Shown in pieces: positions 1 through 9,362 of a stretch of DNA of 64,000 nucleotides. Location of the stretch: positions 4,618 through 68,617 of the forward strand of contig JAOAJX010000002.1 of assembly GCA_026413945.1 (NCBI GenBank), read 5' to 3'. Below the pieces are notes generated by a model, which was not told the origin of the DNA, made no database searches, and worked only from the letters and a program-made list of their open reading frames with translations. This DNA comes from Candidatus Iainarchaeum sp. (GTDB lineage: Archaea > Iainarchaeota > Iainarchaeia > Iainarchaeales > DTGL01). The position numbers and the translations under genes are program-made. Position 1 is the first letter of the stretch. Each line of letters begins with the position of its first letter.

Positions 1-108
1 CAGTGCCTGAAGCAAAATGCGTTTCCGGCAAATGTGTGCACTCCGACTAATTTTTACCCGTTTTGCTTCCCCCAACATTTTTATTCTCCATTGCATTATT
101 ATTACTGC

Positions 109-1095
109 ATGGACATCCTGTGGAAAAAAGGCCTTTTGCTTTCAGATGGAATTTCTTTGGCAATTGACTGTAGCTATGCGGAGCACAGCATAGTTACGCA
201 CGCACACACAGACCATGTTTTTTCCTCAAAAGGCGCAGTTATTGGCTCAGAGGAAACGCTTAGGCTGATTGAGAAAGAAAAAAGCCGCTTTGCAAGAAAA
301 AAACCATTGAAAATTGGTGAAAGAACCGAGCTCGGTTCATTTGAAATCTCTCTTAAAAACTCAGGGCACATTCTTGGCTCAGCCCAAGTTTATATTGATG
401 CTTCCGAAAGAATTGCAATAACTTCTGATTTCAAACTCCAAGATTCTTTGATAACAGAGGGCGCAGAGATTTTGCAGTGCGATGCCTTAGTAATTGAAAC
501 AACATTTGGCTTGCCAGAATACGTTTTTCCGGAAAGGGAAAAAGTTTATCAAGAATTTGCATCTTGGGCAAACAAGCAACTTGCTAGTGGGCATTATCTG
601 ATACTTTCAGGCTATGCGCTTGGCAAAGCACAAGAGCTTACAGCATTTGCAAATGAATATTTGGGTGCATCACCAGTAGTGCATGAAGAGGTTTATAAGA
701 ACAACCAGATCTATGAAGAGTTTGGAGTTAAGCTTGGCACATATTTTAAGCTTGACCACAACCTTCGCGAGTCTAATGTGTTGATATTGCCACCATCTTT
801 ATGTAGCACGCATCTTTTTCAGGCAGTAGAATATTCGATAGGCAAGAAGGTTGCAAGCGCAAAGGCAAGCGGTTGGCCTTATAAGGGCTGCTTTGATAAG
901 ATTTTTCCTTTATCAGACCATGCTGATTTTGACCAGCTTATTACATATGTTAAAGAATCTGGTGCAAAGCAAGTCTATACGATGCATGGTTTTTCGAGGG
1001 AGTTTGCACAACACATCAGGCACAGGTTTGGCATTAACACAAAACAGTTGGACATAAATTCACAACAAAAGGCATTGTGGGAATCAGAAAAATAA
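109..1095 (+). CDS. MBL-fold/beta-CASP nuclease (RNA-processing or ligase-associated exonuclease family)
   Basis: Motifs THAHTDH, SGHILGS, TSDF, IETTFG and LSDHADF. Start moved to ATG 109 because the upstream extension is unconserved-looking. Confidence 0.85.
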   Translation: MDILWKKGLLLSDGISLAIDCSYAEHSIVTHAHTDHVFSSKGAVIGSEETLRLIEKEKSRFARKKPLKIGERTELGSFEISLKNSGHILGSAQVYIDASERIAITSDFKLQDSLITEGAEILQCDALVIETTFGLPEYVFPEREKVYQEFASWANKQLASGHYLILSGYALGKAQELTAFANEYLGASPVVHEEVYKNNQIYEEFGVKLGTYFKLDHNLRESNVLILPPSLCSTHLFQAVEYSIGKKVASAKASGWPYKGCFDKIFPLSDHADFDQLITYVKESGAKQVYTMHGFSREFAQHIRHRFGINTKQLDINSQQKALWESEK

Positions 1096-1143
1096 AAAAG
1101 AAAAAGGAAAAAAAATAAAAAGAATAGGAAAAATCCAATCAAA

Positions 1144-1170
1144 TTATTTTTTCTTTTTCTTTGCTGGCAA
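1144..1170 (-). CDS. candidate micropeptide MPAKKKKK (TTG start; alternative ATG at 1197 gives MEYFEKGGRLPAKKKKK)
   Basis: Minus strand reads AAGGGTGG-AAGA-TTG CCA GCA AAG AAA AAG AAA AAA TAA. TATA-like TTATTAAT at about 1217-1224; U-rich tract downstream (1096-1143). Confidence 0.45.
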   Translation of the reverse strand: MPAKKKKK

Positions 1171-1249
1171 TCTTCCACCCCTTTTCAAAATATTCCATTT
1201 CTATAAAAGTAAAAACTTATTAATAAGCTTTTCTATAAGGATTTTTTTC

Positions 1250-1936
1250 ATGCACTCATGCTCTGGTGCTGGACTAAAAAAACTTTTTTCAGAACTTTTT
1301 GAATTTTTTGGTGAGCAGCACTGGTGGCCAGCCAAAACAAAGTTTGAGGTCTGTGTTGGCGCAATACTAACACAGAATACCTCGTGGAAAAATGTAGAGA
1401 AATCAATCATGGAATTGAAAAAGAAAAGAAAACTCACCGTATCAGCAATGAATTCCACTAGCTTAAGAGATCTTACAAAACTTATAAGAAGCTCTGGCTA
1501 CTATAATCAGAAAGCAAAGACATTGAAAGATTTTTGTAAACATGTAGTTTGCAATTACCACGGCAATTTAAACTCATTTCTAAGCAAACCAAATGATGGG
1601 CTTCGTGAGGAGTTGCTTTCAATTAAAGGCATAGGCCCAGAAACTGCAGATTCAATAATACTATACGCTGCGAAAAAACCAAGCTTTGTGGTTGATGCAT
1701 ACACAGAAAGAGTAATGAATAGATTTTTTGGCTTGAAAATGAAAAGCAAAGTCGCACTTAAGGAGTTTCTCGAGAAAAATCTCAACAAAGATGTAGCGCT
1801 TTACAATGAATTTCATGCTCTTTTAGTTGCTTTGGGCAAAGAATTTTGCAGAAAAAAGCCACTTTGTTGCGATTGCCCAATTAATAAAAAATGTTCACAT
1901 TATGGATTTAATAAAAAAACAGCTGTGAAAATATGA
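1250..1936 (+). CDS. endonuclease III-like HhH-GPD DNA glycosylase with Fe-S cluster
   Basis: GAILTQNTSW, HhH LSIKGIGPETADSI, FVVDAY, C-terminal CRKKPLCCDCPINKKC. Confidence 0.9.
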   Translation: MHSCSGAGLKKLFSELFEFFGEQHWWPAKTKFEVCVGAILTQNTSWKNVEKSIMELKKKRKLTVSAMNSTSLRDLTKLIRSSGYYNQKAKTLKDFCKHVVCNYHGNLNSFLSKPNDGLREELLSIKGIGPETADSIILYAAKKPSFVVDAYTERVMNRFFGLKMKSKVALKEFLEKNLNKDVALYNEFHALLVALGKEFCRKKPLCCDCPINKKCSHYGFNKKTAVKI

Positions 1937-2682
1937 AAGTAACAGTTCTAGGTTCCGGCGCAATAATGTCTAGCACAAGAGCTTGTTCTGGATATTTGGT
2001 AGAATCAGAAAATGCAAAAGCCGTAGTTGACCTCGGTTCAGGCTCCTTTTTAAACCTTAAAAAAACATCTGATGTTCTAAGTATAGGAACTATTCTCTTA
2101 ACTCATTACCATCCGGATCACGCTTCAGAGTTGGCTTCTTTTCTAGCATATAAATTAGTCGCATTTAAATTTGGAGATAAAAGAAGCTTATCGCAGATAA
2201 ATTTGATAGGCCCAAAAGGCCTTAACGATTTTATTGAGAAAATAAGGGCTGCCTTTCCCATCCTGCAAGAAGCGCAGTACAGGATAATAACAAAGGAATT
2301 GGATAATGGCAAAATCGTAGTGCCAGGCTTCAAGGTAAAGTCCATGCCAATGGCTCATGATAACTGTATTGGCTATAGGCTTGAAGCTCAGGGCAGAAGT
2401 GTAACATTCTCTGGCGATACTGCTTATACAAAAAATTTAGTTTCACTTGCAAAGAATGTGGATCTCCTTGTTGCTGATTGCTCTTTTCCAGATTCTGTTG
2501 GCTCTGCTGTGCATATGACTCCATTGCAGTGTGCTAATATTGCAAAAGAAGCAGAAGCAAAAGCGCTGCTGCTTTCACATCTTTATCCTGCAGTTGAAAC
2601 AGAACCAATTTTAAAAATTGTTAAGTCAGTTTATAAAGGTAAAACATATGTCGCTAATGATCTTTTTGCTGTAGAGTTTTGA
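1933..2682 (+). CDS. MBL-fold metallohydrolase, RNase Z-like
   Basis: VLGSG, THYHPDH, FSGDT, DCSF, LLSHLYP. Confidence 0.85.
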   Translation: MKVTVLGSGAIMSSTRACSGYLVESENAKAVVDLGSGSFLNLKKTSDVLSIGTILLTHYHPDHASELASFLAYKLVAFKFGDKRSLSQINLIGPKGLNDFIEKIRAAFPILQEAQYRIITKELDNGKIVVPGFKVKSMPMAHDNCIGYRLEAQGRSVTFSGDTAYTKNLVSLAKNVDLLVADCSFPDSVGSAVHMTPLQCANIAKEAEAKALLLSHLYPAVETEPILKIVKSVYKGKTYVANDLFAVEF

Positions 2683-2694
2683 TGGGGTGTTTTT

Positions 2695-3456
2695 ATGGAT
2701 GAATATCTTAATGCTGCAATAAAAGCAGCAAAAGAAGCAGGTAGAATTGCATTGAGCAGAAGCTATGATTTAAAGGTTTCAAAGAAGAACTCGAAAGGCG
2801 AAATAGTTACAAATGCAGATCTTGAGGCAGAACAGGCCATAATTGCAAGGCTTTCTTGCGAATTTCCAGAGATTGGTTTTGTTGGGGAAGAAAAAGGCGT
2901 CTTGCCTTCAAAATCAGATTTTTTATGGATTGTTGATCCCATAGATGGTACGAGAAATTATTCCTTGGGCATTCCTTTCTACTGCACATCCATTGCTCTG
3001 GTAAAGAACAACGAGCCGCTGATAGGCGTTGTCTATGACCCAACAAAAGACGAGCTCTTTTACGCAATTAAAGGAAAGCATTCATACCTTAACAGCGAAT
3101 GGATCCATGTCTCAAAAAAAGAATCTCTTGATAAAGCGGTTGCATCGATGGGTTGCATCCTCGCAAAGAAAGTTCAGGAAATTGCCAAAGGAAAACTCTT
3201 TACAACATACAGGTATTTCGGGGCTATTGCACTAGAGCTTTGCTATGTTGCTTGTGGGCGGATTGATTTCATGCTTCATAATGACATAAATCCATGGGAT
3301 GGTGCTGCCGGAGCATTAGTAGTGCGCGAATCCGGCGGTGTTGTGGTTAACCATATTGGTAAGCAATGGCAACTTAATGATCGCTTTTTGCTTGCCTCAA
3401 ATCTAAAACTGCAAAAAGAATTTACGGCTAAACTTCCTCAAGAACAACTGATGTAA
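2695..3456 (+). CDS. suhB: inositol monophosphatase family protein
   Basis: VTNAD, GEE, WIVDPIDGTRNY, PWDGAAG; SD GGGGTG upstream. Confidence 0.88.
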   Translation: MDEYLNAAIKAAKEAGRIALSRSYDLKVSKKNSKGEIVTNADLEAEQAIIARLSCEFPEIGFVGEEKGVLPSKSDFLWIVDPIDGTRNYSLGIPFYCTSIALVKNNEPLIGVVYDPTKDELFYAIKGKHSYLNSEWIHVSKKESLDKAVASMGCILAKKVQEIAKGKLFTTYRYFGAIALELCYVACGRIDFMLHNDINPWDGAAGALVVRESGGVVVNHIGKQWQLNDRFLLASNLKLQKEFTAKLPQEQLM

Positions 3457-3871
3457 CTGTTTTGGCAACGCCGTCAACATTTCTAAGCTTGCTGGTAAGG
3501 AATGAGTTCAGTTCTTTTATAGACTTGAATCTTGCTTTTATTATCATGTCAATATCTCCTGTAACTATTGACACACTCTCAACGTTTGCAAACATTTTTT
3601 TAATATAAGTTGCAATTTCTTTCTGTGAGTATTTCTTTCCGTCAGGTGAGTTTTGCTGTATGCTTACAAGGATATATGCGCATATGCCGAAGCCGAGCTT
3701 TTCATGATCAATTTCTATGGTATATTTCCTTATGATTCCTTCTTTTTCCATCTTTTTTATCCTATGAAAGACAGTTGTAAGAGGCAGGCCCGATCTCTTG
3801 GCAATTTTTCTCTTTGAAAGTGCGCTGTTTTCATTTAATTCTTCTAAAATTTTTTCATCTATTTGATCCAT
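3428..3871 (-). CDS. Lrp/AsnC family transcriptional regulator
   Basis: MDQIDEKILEEL, HTH 'TVFHRIKKMEKEGII', RAM domain 'VTGDIDMII'. Confidence 0.93.
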   Translation of the reverse strand: MDQIDEKILEELNENSALSKRKIAKRSGLPLTTVFHRIKKMEKEGIIRKYTIEIDHEKLGFGICAYILVSIQQNSPDGKKYSQKEIATYIKKMFANVESVSIVTGDIDMIIKARFKSIKELNSFLTSKLRNVDGVAKTVTSVVLEEV

Positions 3872-3873
3872 AA

Positions 3874-3889
3874 TGGAACAAATGTTCCA
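3874..3889. promoter_or_regulatory. palindrome TGGAACA-AA-TGTTCCA, candidate Lrp operator
   Basis: Perfect 7-bp inverted repeat right upstream of the Lrp start, in a divergent promoter. A second repeat, TGTAA-TTT-TTACA, lies at 3917-3929. Confidence 0.55.
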
Positions 3890-3984
3890 AAAAGCTTTAA
3901 ATCATATGCATTATTTTGTAATTTTTACATAGATTTTTGCAAAAAATTTATATTAAATGATTGCGCTTTTATTAAAAAAAGCGA

Positions 3985-4977
3985 GTGATTTCTATGCGCC
4001 ATGATACTTGCATTGCAGAAATTGAGAAGATTGAAAAAAGGCACCTTTATTTTGGAGATAAGCAGACAAAAATGGCTTTAAAGGTACAATCAGATGCGTG
4101 CTTTTATCTAAGCAAATTTCTGAGGAAAAAGGGTTTTGTTGAGATAAGGCCCCCAATAATTTCAAGCTGCACTGATACTGGCATAAGAGGCGCTGGCACT
4201 GCAATCATTGATTTTTATGGTAGGCCTTACAAGGTTACAACAAGCATGATCCTGCACAAGCAGCTGGCAATAACTGCTTTTGAGAAAATATTTGCTTTTT
4301 CACCAAACGTTCGACTTGAGCCATTGGAAAGCATAGGAACCAAAAGGCATTTGGCGGAATTCACACAACTTGACCTTGAAGCAGCTTATCAAGATAGAGA
4401 CTATGTTATGGGTTTGGCTGAAGAGATGCTTTGCTACTGCATCAAAAAAGTAAGGAAAAGTTGTGAGGAAGAACTGCTTACACTGGAACGCAATTTAAAG
4501 AAGCCCAAGAAACCATTTAAAAGGATCTCTTATGCAAAAGCGTTGGATTTGCTTTCTTCAGAAGGATTTGGGGTTACTTATGGTTTAGAAATACCATGGA
4601 ATGGAGAAAAATTTTTATCAGGGCTTATCGGTGATTTTTTTTGGATAATTGATTACCCTGTGGGCTCAAGAGGTTTTTATGAAAAGCAAAACCGCGATTC
4701 TCTCATAGATTTCGATCTAATCTACCCTGAAGGCTACGGCGAGGCTATATCCGGCAGCGAAAGAGAGCACGACGTTGGCAAGGTAATACAAAAAATGCAA
4801 CAGGCCTCATTAAAGCTTGATGACTTTAAATGGTATGTTGAGCTGCTAGAGAAAGGAGTTCCACCTTCGGCTGGTTTTGGCTTGGGCATTGAACGGTTTA
4901 CAAGATATCTTTGTGGATTAGAGGCTGTTTGGCAGGCAGCAGCTTTCCCCAAGGTTCCGGGAATTTATTCACCATAG
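3985..4977 (+). CDS. archaeal asparagine synthetase (AS-AR; AsnRS/AspRS catalytic-core paralog without anticodon domain)
   Basis: Class II aaRS motifs (SPNVRLE...RHLAEFTQLDLE; GFGLGIERF), no N-terminal OB fold, adjacent to full-length AsnRS. Confidence 0.85.
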   Translation: MISMRHDTCIAEIEKIEKRHLYFGDKQTKMALKVQSDACFYLSKFLRKKGFVEIRPPIISSCTDTGIRGAGTAIIDFYGRPYKVTTSMILHKQLAITAFEKIFAFSPNVRLEPLESIGTKRHLAEFTQLDLEAAYQDRDYVMGLAEEMLCYCIKKVRKSCEEELLTLERNLKKPKKPFKRISYAKALDLLSSEGFGVTYGLEIPWNGEKFLSGLIGDFFWIIDYPVGSRGFYEKQNRDSLIDFDLIYPEGYGEAISGSEREHDVGKVIQKMQQASLKLDDFKWYVELLEKGVPPSAGFGLGIERFTRYLCGLEAVWQAAAFPKVPGIYSP

Positions 4978-5036
4978 CAAAAAGTCAACATTTTTATAAT
5001 TAAACCAGCATTCACTAATATTAGGAAGGTATTTTT

Positions 5037-6332
5037 ATGGGATTTATCAAAATTCTTGAAGCCATTAAAAAATGCCCACAAAAGGCAAAGATTCGTGGCT
5101 GGATAAAGAGAATGCGCGAGCACAAGGGCAAAATATTCTTTCTTTTGCGCGATGAAACCTCAGAGTTGCAGTGTGTTGCCGATTCAGAAAAAACAAACAA
5201 AGAGCTTTGGCAGATGTGCCTAAATGCAACAATAGAATCAAGCGTTGAACTTTCTGGTACGCTACGAAGAGATGAAAGAGCACCGCACGGCGTTGAGCTC
5301 TCAATCGAAGACTTTAAAATAATTGGTCTGGCAGAAAAATTTCCGATACAAAAAGATTTTTCAACAGAATTTCTTCTTGATGTGAGGCATTTATGGTTAA
5401 GAAGCGCAAAGATGAGGGATGCACTAAAAGTAAGAGACACTGTATTTAGAGCATTTAGAGAATTTATGAGGAAAGAATTAAATGCTTACGAAACTCAAGG
5501 CGCAATGTTTGTTTCTGGAATGGTTGAAGGCGGCTCAACCCTTTTTGAAGTGCCTTATTTCGGAAAGAAAATTTATCTTACGCAAAGCTCGCAATTTTAC
5601 CTTGAAGCTGTGATGTATTCCTTAGGCAATGTTTATACCATAGCCCCAAGCTTTCGTGCTGAGAAAAGCAAAACAACAAGGCATCTTACAGAATTCTGGC
5701 ATGCTGAGGGCGAATTTCCATGGATTGGTCTAAAAGAGTTGTTGGATATTGAAGAGAATATGATAAAATATATGGTTCGCGCTGTTCTTGAGCAGAACGA
5801 AATAGAACTCAAAGCATTAGGCAGAGAGCCTAAAACACTTGAACCTAGCGCTTATAAAAAATATGATCGTATGCGTTATGAGGAAGTGCTCAAAATCGTG
5901 CAAAAAAGGTTTCCATATTTAAAAGGAGCTACAGACTTCGGGGAAAAGGAGGAACGCGAAATTACTAAAGAGAGGAAAGTCCCATTGCTTGTGACCCACT
6001 ATCCTAAGGAGCTCAAGCCCTTTTATCACCGACTTGATCCAGAAGACAATAAGCATGTGCTTTGTTGCGATGTTCTTGCCCCAGAAGGTTATGGCGAAAT
6101 AATTGGCTCTGGCGAACGCATCTGGGAACTTAAGGAAATGCTTGAGAGAATGAAAGAAGAAGGCCTTAGCCCAGAGCAATATGGCTGGTATGTTGACTTG
6201 AGGCGCTACGGCTCTGTGCCGCATGCTGGCTTTGGCTTAGGCCTTGACAGATTTACTGCTTGGGTTACAAAAGCACAGCACATTAGAGATGTTGTGCCAT
6301 TTCCAAGAACATTAAATAGATACTATCCTTGA
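5037..6332 (+). CDS. asnS: asparagine--tRNA ligase
   Basis: N-terminal OB fold (IRGWI...FFLLRD), FRAEKSKTTRHLTEFWH, YGSVPHAGFGLGLDR. Confidence 0.93.
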   Translation: MGFIKILEAIKKCPQKAKIRGWIKRMREHKGKIFFLLRDETSELQCVADSEKTNKELWQMCLNATIESSVELSGTLRRDERAPHGVELSIEDFKIIGLAEKFPIQKDFSTEFLLDVRHLWLRSAKMRDALKVRDTVFRAFREFMRKELNAYETQGAMFVSGMVEGGSTLFEVPYFGKKIYLTQSSQFYLEAVMYSLGNVYTIAPSFRAEKSKTTRHLTEFWHAEGEFPWIGLKELLDIEENMIKYMVRAVLEQNEIELKALGREPKTLEPSAYKKYDRMRYEEVLKIVQKRFPYLKGATDFGEKEEREITKERKVPLLVTHYPKELKPFYHRLDPEDNKHVLCCDVLAPEGYGEIIGSGERIWELKEMLERMKEEGLSPEQYGWYVDLRRYGSVPHAGFGLGLDRFTAWVTKAQHIRDVVPFPRTLNRYYP

Positions 6333-6337
6333 TTGTA

Positions 6338-6412
6338 TGGGCATGGGCAGATTTGAACTGCCGACCTCCCGGTTATCAGCCGGGTGCTCCAGCCAAGCTA
6401 AGCTACATGCCC
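6338..6412 (-). tRNA. tRNA-Ile(GAT)
   Basis: Cloverleaf on minus strand; anticodon arm CCCGG-CTGATAA-CCGGG; T-loop GTTCAAAT. Confidence 0.96.
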
Positions 6413-6581
6413 ACTGCTATTTTACAGAATAAATTTATGCAGAGTATCATTTAAAATGATTATTTTTTGCTTTTTTTGCAAATGAGCCAAACATATTTGT
6501 TTTTATTAAGATTGGTGAGAGAAAATTATATAAATCGCTGTTTCTTAATTTGTGTTAAGCGAGTTTTGAATCTTAAATTAT

Positions 6582-7367
6582 ATGTGGGTGATTTGTTTGG
6601 TTTTAAATATACCAATAGAAGATAATAAAAAATTGAATGTAATAATAGATGCCTTGAAGAAAAGCCCAGAAATCGAACAGTATTGGGATTCAGCCAATAT
6701 GATTGCAGTAAACCGTATGAACATAAATGATCATGGCAAGGTCCATGCTGCAATTGTATCAAATATTGCGCTTCGCCTTCTTAGGTTGCTCACAGAATCA
6801 GGCCTCGAGCCAGCTATGGTAAAAGACCATAAGATGACAAAGCATGATTCAGAAGTTGTTGTTGTTTTGGCTGGCTTGTTGCACGATATTGGGCATGCTA
6901 TTCACAGAGACAAACACGCGGACTTTAGCATTGTGCTCGCATCAGGCATATTAGATAAACTTCTCAGCAAAGCTTACAATTCCAAAGAAGCTGTCATAGT
7001 GAAAAGCGAGATCCTGCATGCCATAATATGCCACCATGTTGATTATACCCCTTTGACGCTTGAAGCTGGCTGCGTAAGGATTGCTGATGCACTGGATGCT
7101 AAAGAAGGCCGCGCAAGAATACCCTTTGAAATGGGTCGCGTTTCAATACATTCTGTCAGTGCAATGGCAATAAAAGATATAAAAATAAGCAAAGGCAAGA
7201 GTGTGCCTGTTTCAATAGAAGTTGTGATGAAAAATTCAGCAGGCATATTCCAGGTTGATGAACTAATAAAAGCAAAGCTTACTAACTCAGGACTTGAGAA
7301 ATACATTGAGATTATCGCAAGGATTGAAGGCGAAGAAGAGAAGATCGTAAAGGAATTTAGGCTTTAA
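6582..7367 (+). CDS. HD-domain phosphohydrolase (conserved archaeal family)
   Basis: NDHGKVH, LLHDIGHAIHR, CHH, IADALD. Confidence 0.85.
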   Translation: MWVICLVLNIPIEDNKKLNVIIDALKKSPEIEQYWDSANMIAVNRMNINDHGKVHAAIVSNIALRLLRLLTESGLEPAMVKDHKMTKHDSEVVVVLAGLLHDIGHAIHRDKHADFSIVLASGILDKLLSKAYNSKEAVIVKSEILHAIICHHVDYTPLTLEAGCVRIADALDAKEGRARIPFEMGRVSIHSVSAMAIKDIKISKGKSVPVSIEVVMKNSAGIFQVDELIKAKLTNSGLEKYIEIIARIEGEEEKIVKEFRL

Positions 7368-8274
7368 TTCCTCTTTGCTTAGATCTATGGAGTTTTGAGC
7401 TCACATTTTTAGGCCAAAAATCCCCCCGCCGAATTCTTGCAGATACCCTTGTTTTTGCCCATCTGTATCCAGCAGATATTCTAGTTTTTAGAGGCAGTCC
7501 ACGACTAGTAGCAATTTTTGCCCTTAATTCAGCTAAAAAAGATCTTCGTCCTATAAGACCTAAAGCACTAAGCTGCATTTTTCCAGCTTCGAATCTTCTC
7601 ATTTGATTTTCGTAATCCTTAATGCTAAGAGGTGGTTTAAAATAAACCTTTGCACTAAAAACTTTCATGTATTGCTCCTTTGGAGTAACTGCCTGTATGT
7701 AGGCGTCCTCAATAAGAATATTATCTGGCATCTTCTTTGCAATTTCGAGAGCATGATTTCTGTTTATTCCATATAGAGCCCCAGAAAGGTGCTTTGGCTT
7801 ATTTTTAAGCACTCTTTTTCTATATGCCTCATTTATTTGTCGCATGCGTTGATCCTTAGTTTCTCTTACTCCAAACGGAACAGCGAAGCCGCCAACAAGC
7901 AAAATCCAAGGCTTTTCTTTGAAAGCGGCAGCTATTCTTTCAAGAGCATGATGATGCACAACAACATCAGCATCAACAAAAAATATTTTGGAAGCTGCTG
8001 GGCTCGAGCTATGAACTATTCTTTTCCAAGCTAATGCCTTGCTTTTTTCACTTATTTCTATCAACTTAATTTCAGGGTGTTCTTTTGAGATCTTTTTTAC
8101 AATGGCTGCAGTATTATCTGTGCAGCCATTTGCACAAATTATAATTTCTCTTCTATCTGGTGATGTTTTTTTCCACAATGTTTGCTTAAAAATGTGCTCA
8201 AGTGTCTTGGCTATACTTTCCTCTTCGTTATGTGCACATATGCCAATTGAAAGCATTTCAGGAACATTCTCCAT
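7357..8274 (-). CDS. glycosyltransferase family 2 with very basic C-terminal tail
   Basis: SIGICAHNEE, NGCTDNT, FVDAD (DxD), IEDA. Start placed at MENVPE. Confidence 0.8.
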   Translation of the reverse strand: MENVPEMLSIGICAHNEEESIAKTLEHIFKQTLWKKTSPDRREIIICANGCTDNTAAIVKKISKEHPEIKLIEISEKSKALAWKRIVHSSSPAASKIFFVDADVVVHHHALERIAAAFKEKPWILLVGGFAVPFGVRETKDQRMRQINEAYRKRVLKNKPKHLSGALYGINRNHALEIAKKMPDNILIEDAYIQAVTPKEQYMKVFSAKVYFKPPLSIKDYENQMRRFEAGKMQLSALGLIGRRSFLAELRAKIATSRGLPLKTRISAGYRWAKTRVSARIRRGDFWPKNVSSKLHRSKQRGIKA

Positions 8275-8328
8275 TAAATCCTCAATGTTATTTTCCTTAA
8301 TATTCTTTTTGGTAAAATGAATTCTGCA

Positions 8329-8344
8329 AATGTTTATAAACATT
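8329..8344. promoter_or_regulatory. 16-bp palindrome AATGTTTATAAACATT, probable bidirectional TATA box
   Basis: Perfect palindrome with TTTATAAA core between the divergent GT2 and PHP genes. Confidence 0.5.
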
Positions 8345-8363
8345 GAAATATTATATTCACTAT

Positions 8364-9221
8364 ATGCTTAAGGTTAAGCCTCTTAAAGCAGAGCTGCACG
8401 CCCATACTTGGTATTCTATGGGTGAAAAAATAAAGGTTGAAGGCATACATAGTCCAGAGCAACTGGTTAGGCATGCAAGCAGAGTGGGGCTTGATGTGTT
8501 GGCAATAACGGATCACAATGTTTTCAATGGCGCTATTGAGGCTGAAAAGGTTGCAAAAAAATATGGCATTGTTGTTATAAAAGGGGAAGAGATCGAAACT
8601 GCTGAGGGCAAGCATGTTATTGGTTTAGGTCTAAGTGAATATATTGCACCAAGAAAGACATTTTGGGAGACACTTGACACAATAAGGGAACAAGGTGGCA
8701 TAGCAATAGCGCCACACCCATTTGATATAGATAACAAAGGCGTTGGAAAGAAAGCATTGGCTTGTGATGCAATAGAAGTTTTTAACGCTATAAATAAGGA
8801 CAGATTTTCTAATATCAGGGCAAAGCGCCTCGCAAAAAAGAAAAATGTTCCAATGGTTGCAGGAAGTGACGCACATTGCGTAGAGATGCTTGGCTATGGT
8901 AAAACCGAGATTATATCAGAAGCTGATACTGAATCTGTCCTCAAAGCAATAAAAGATGGAAAAACAAAGGTTATGGGCAAATATGTGCCTGTTAGAATTA
9001 TTAAAGATTGGTCATTAAAAAGAGTAAACTACTCATATATTGCATTGACTCACTATATATATGAGAACTATGGTCTTCCAAAAAGGTTGATTAGTAAAAA
9101 ACTACTTCAACTCGCAAGGAAAAGCCCAAAAAAGGCTGATTTTCTTTTCTCTGCAATCGCTTATGCAGGTCTCTTCGGCGCAACTATTTACAGCGCCTTC
9201 AAAACGCCTTTGCGAAAGTGA
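8364..9221 (+). CDS. PHP-domain metallophosphoesterase
   Basis: ELHAHT, AITDHN, GEEI, APHPF, AGSDAH. Confidence 0.9.
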   Translation: MLKVKPLKAELHAHTWYSMGEKIKVEGIHSPEQLVRHASRVGLDVLAITDHNVFNGAIEAEKVAKKYGIVVIKGEEIETAEGKHVIGLGLSEYIAPRKTFWETLDTIREQGGIAIAPHPFDIDNKGVGKKALACDAIEVFNAINKDRFSNIRAKRLAKKKNVPMVAGSDAHCVEMLGYGKTEIISEADTESVLKAIKDGKTKVMGKYVPVRIIKDWSLKRVNYSYIALTHYIYENYGLPKRLISKKLLQLARKSPKKADFLFSAIAYAGLFGATIYSAFKTPLRK

Positions 9222-9272
9222 TTTGGCCAAGCAAAAAAATTTTAAACTATATTCTTACTATTCTTTTTGTGT

Positions 9273-9358
9273 AGCCCCGTGGTGTAGCGGCCAAGCATGC
9301 GAGGCTCTGGATCTTTAGGAGTAACCTCGCGACGGGAGTTCAAATCTCTCCGGGGCTA
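9273..9358 (+). tRNA. tRNA-Gln(CTG) with 13-nt intron (9311-9323) at position 37/38
   Basis: Acceptor, D and T arms match tRNA-Gln(TTG) at 17672. Insertion ATCTTTAGGAGTA forms a BHB (CTCT/GGAG helix with GGA and TAA bulges). Confidence 0.93.
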
Positions 9359-9362
9359 TTGC

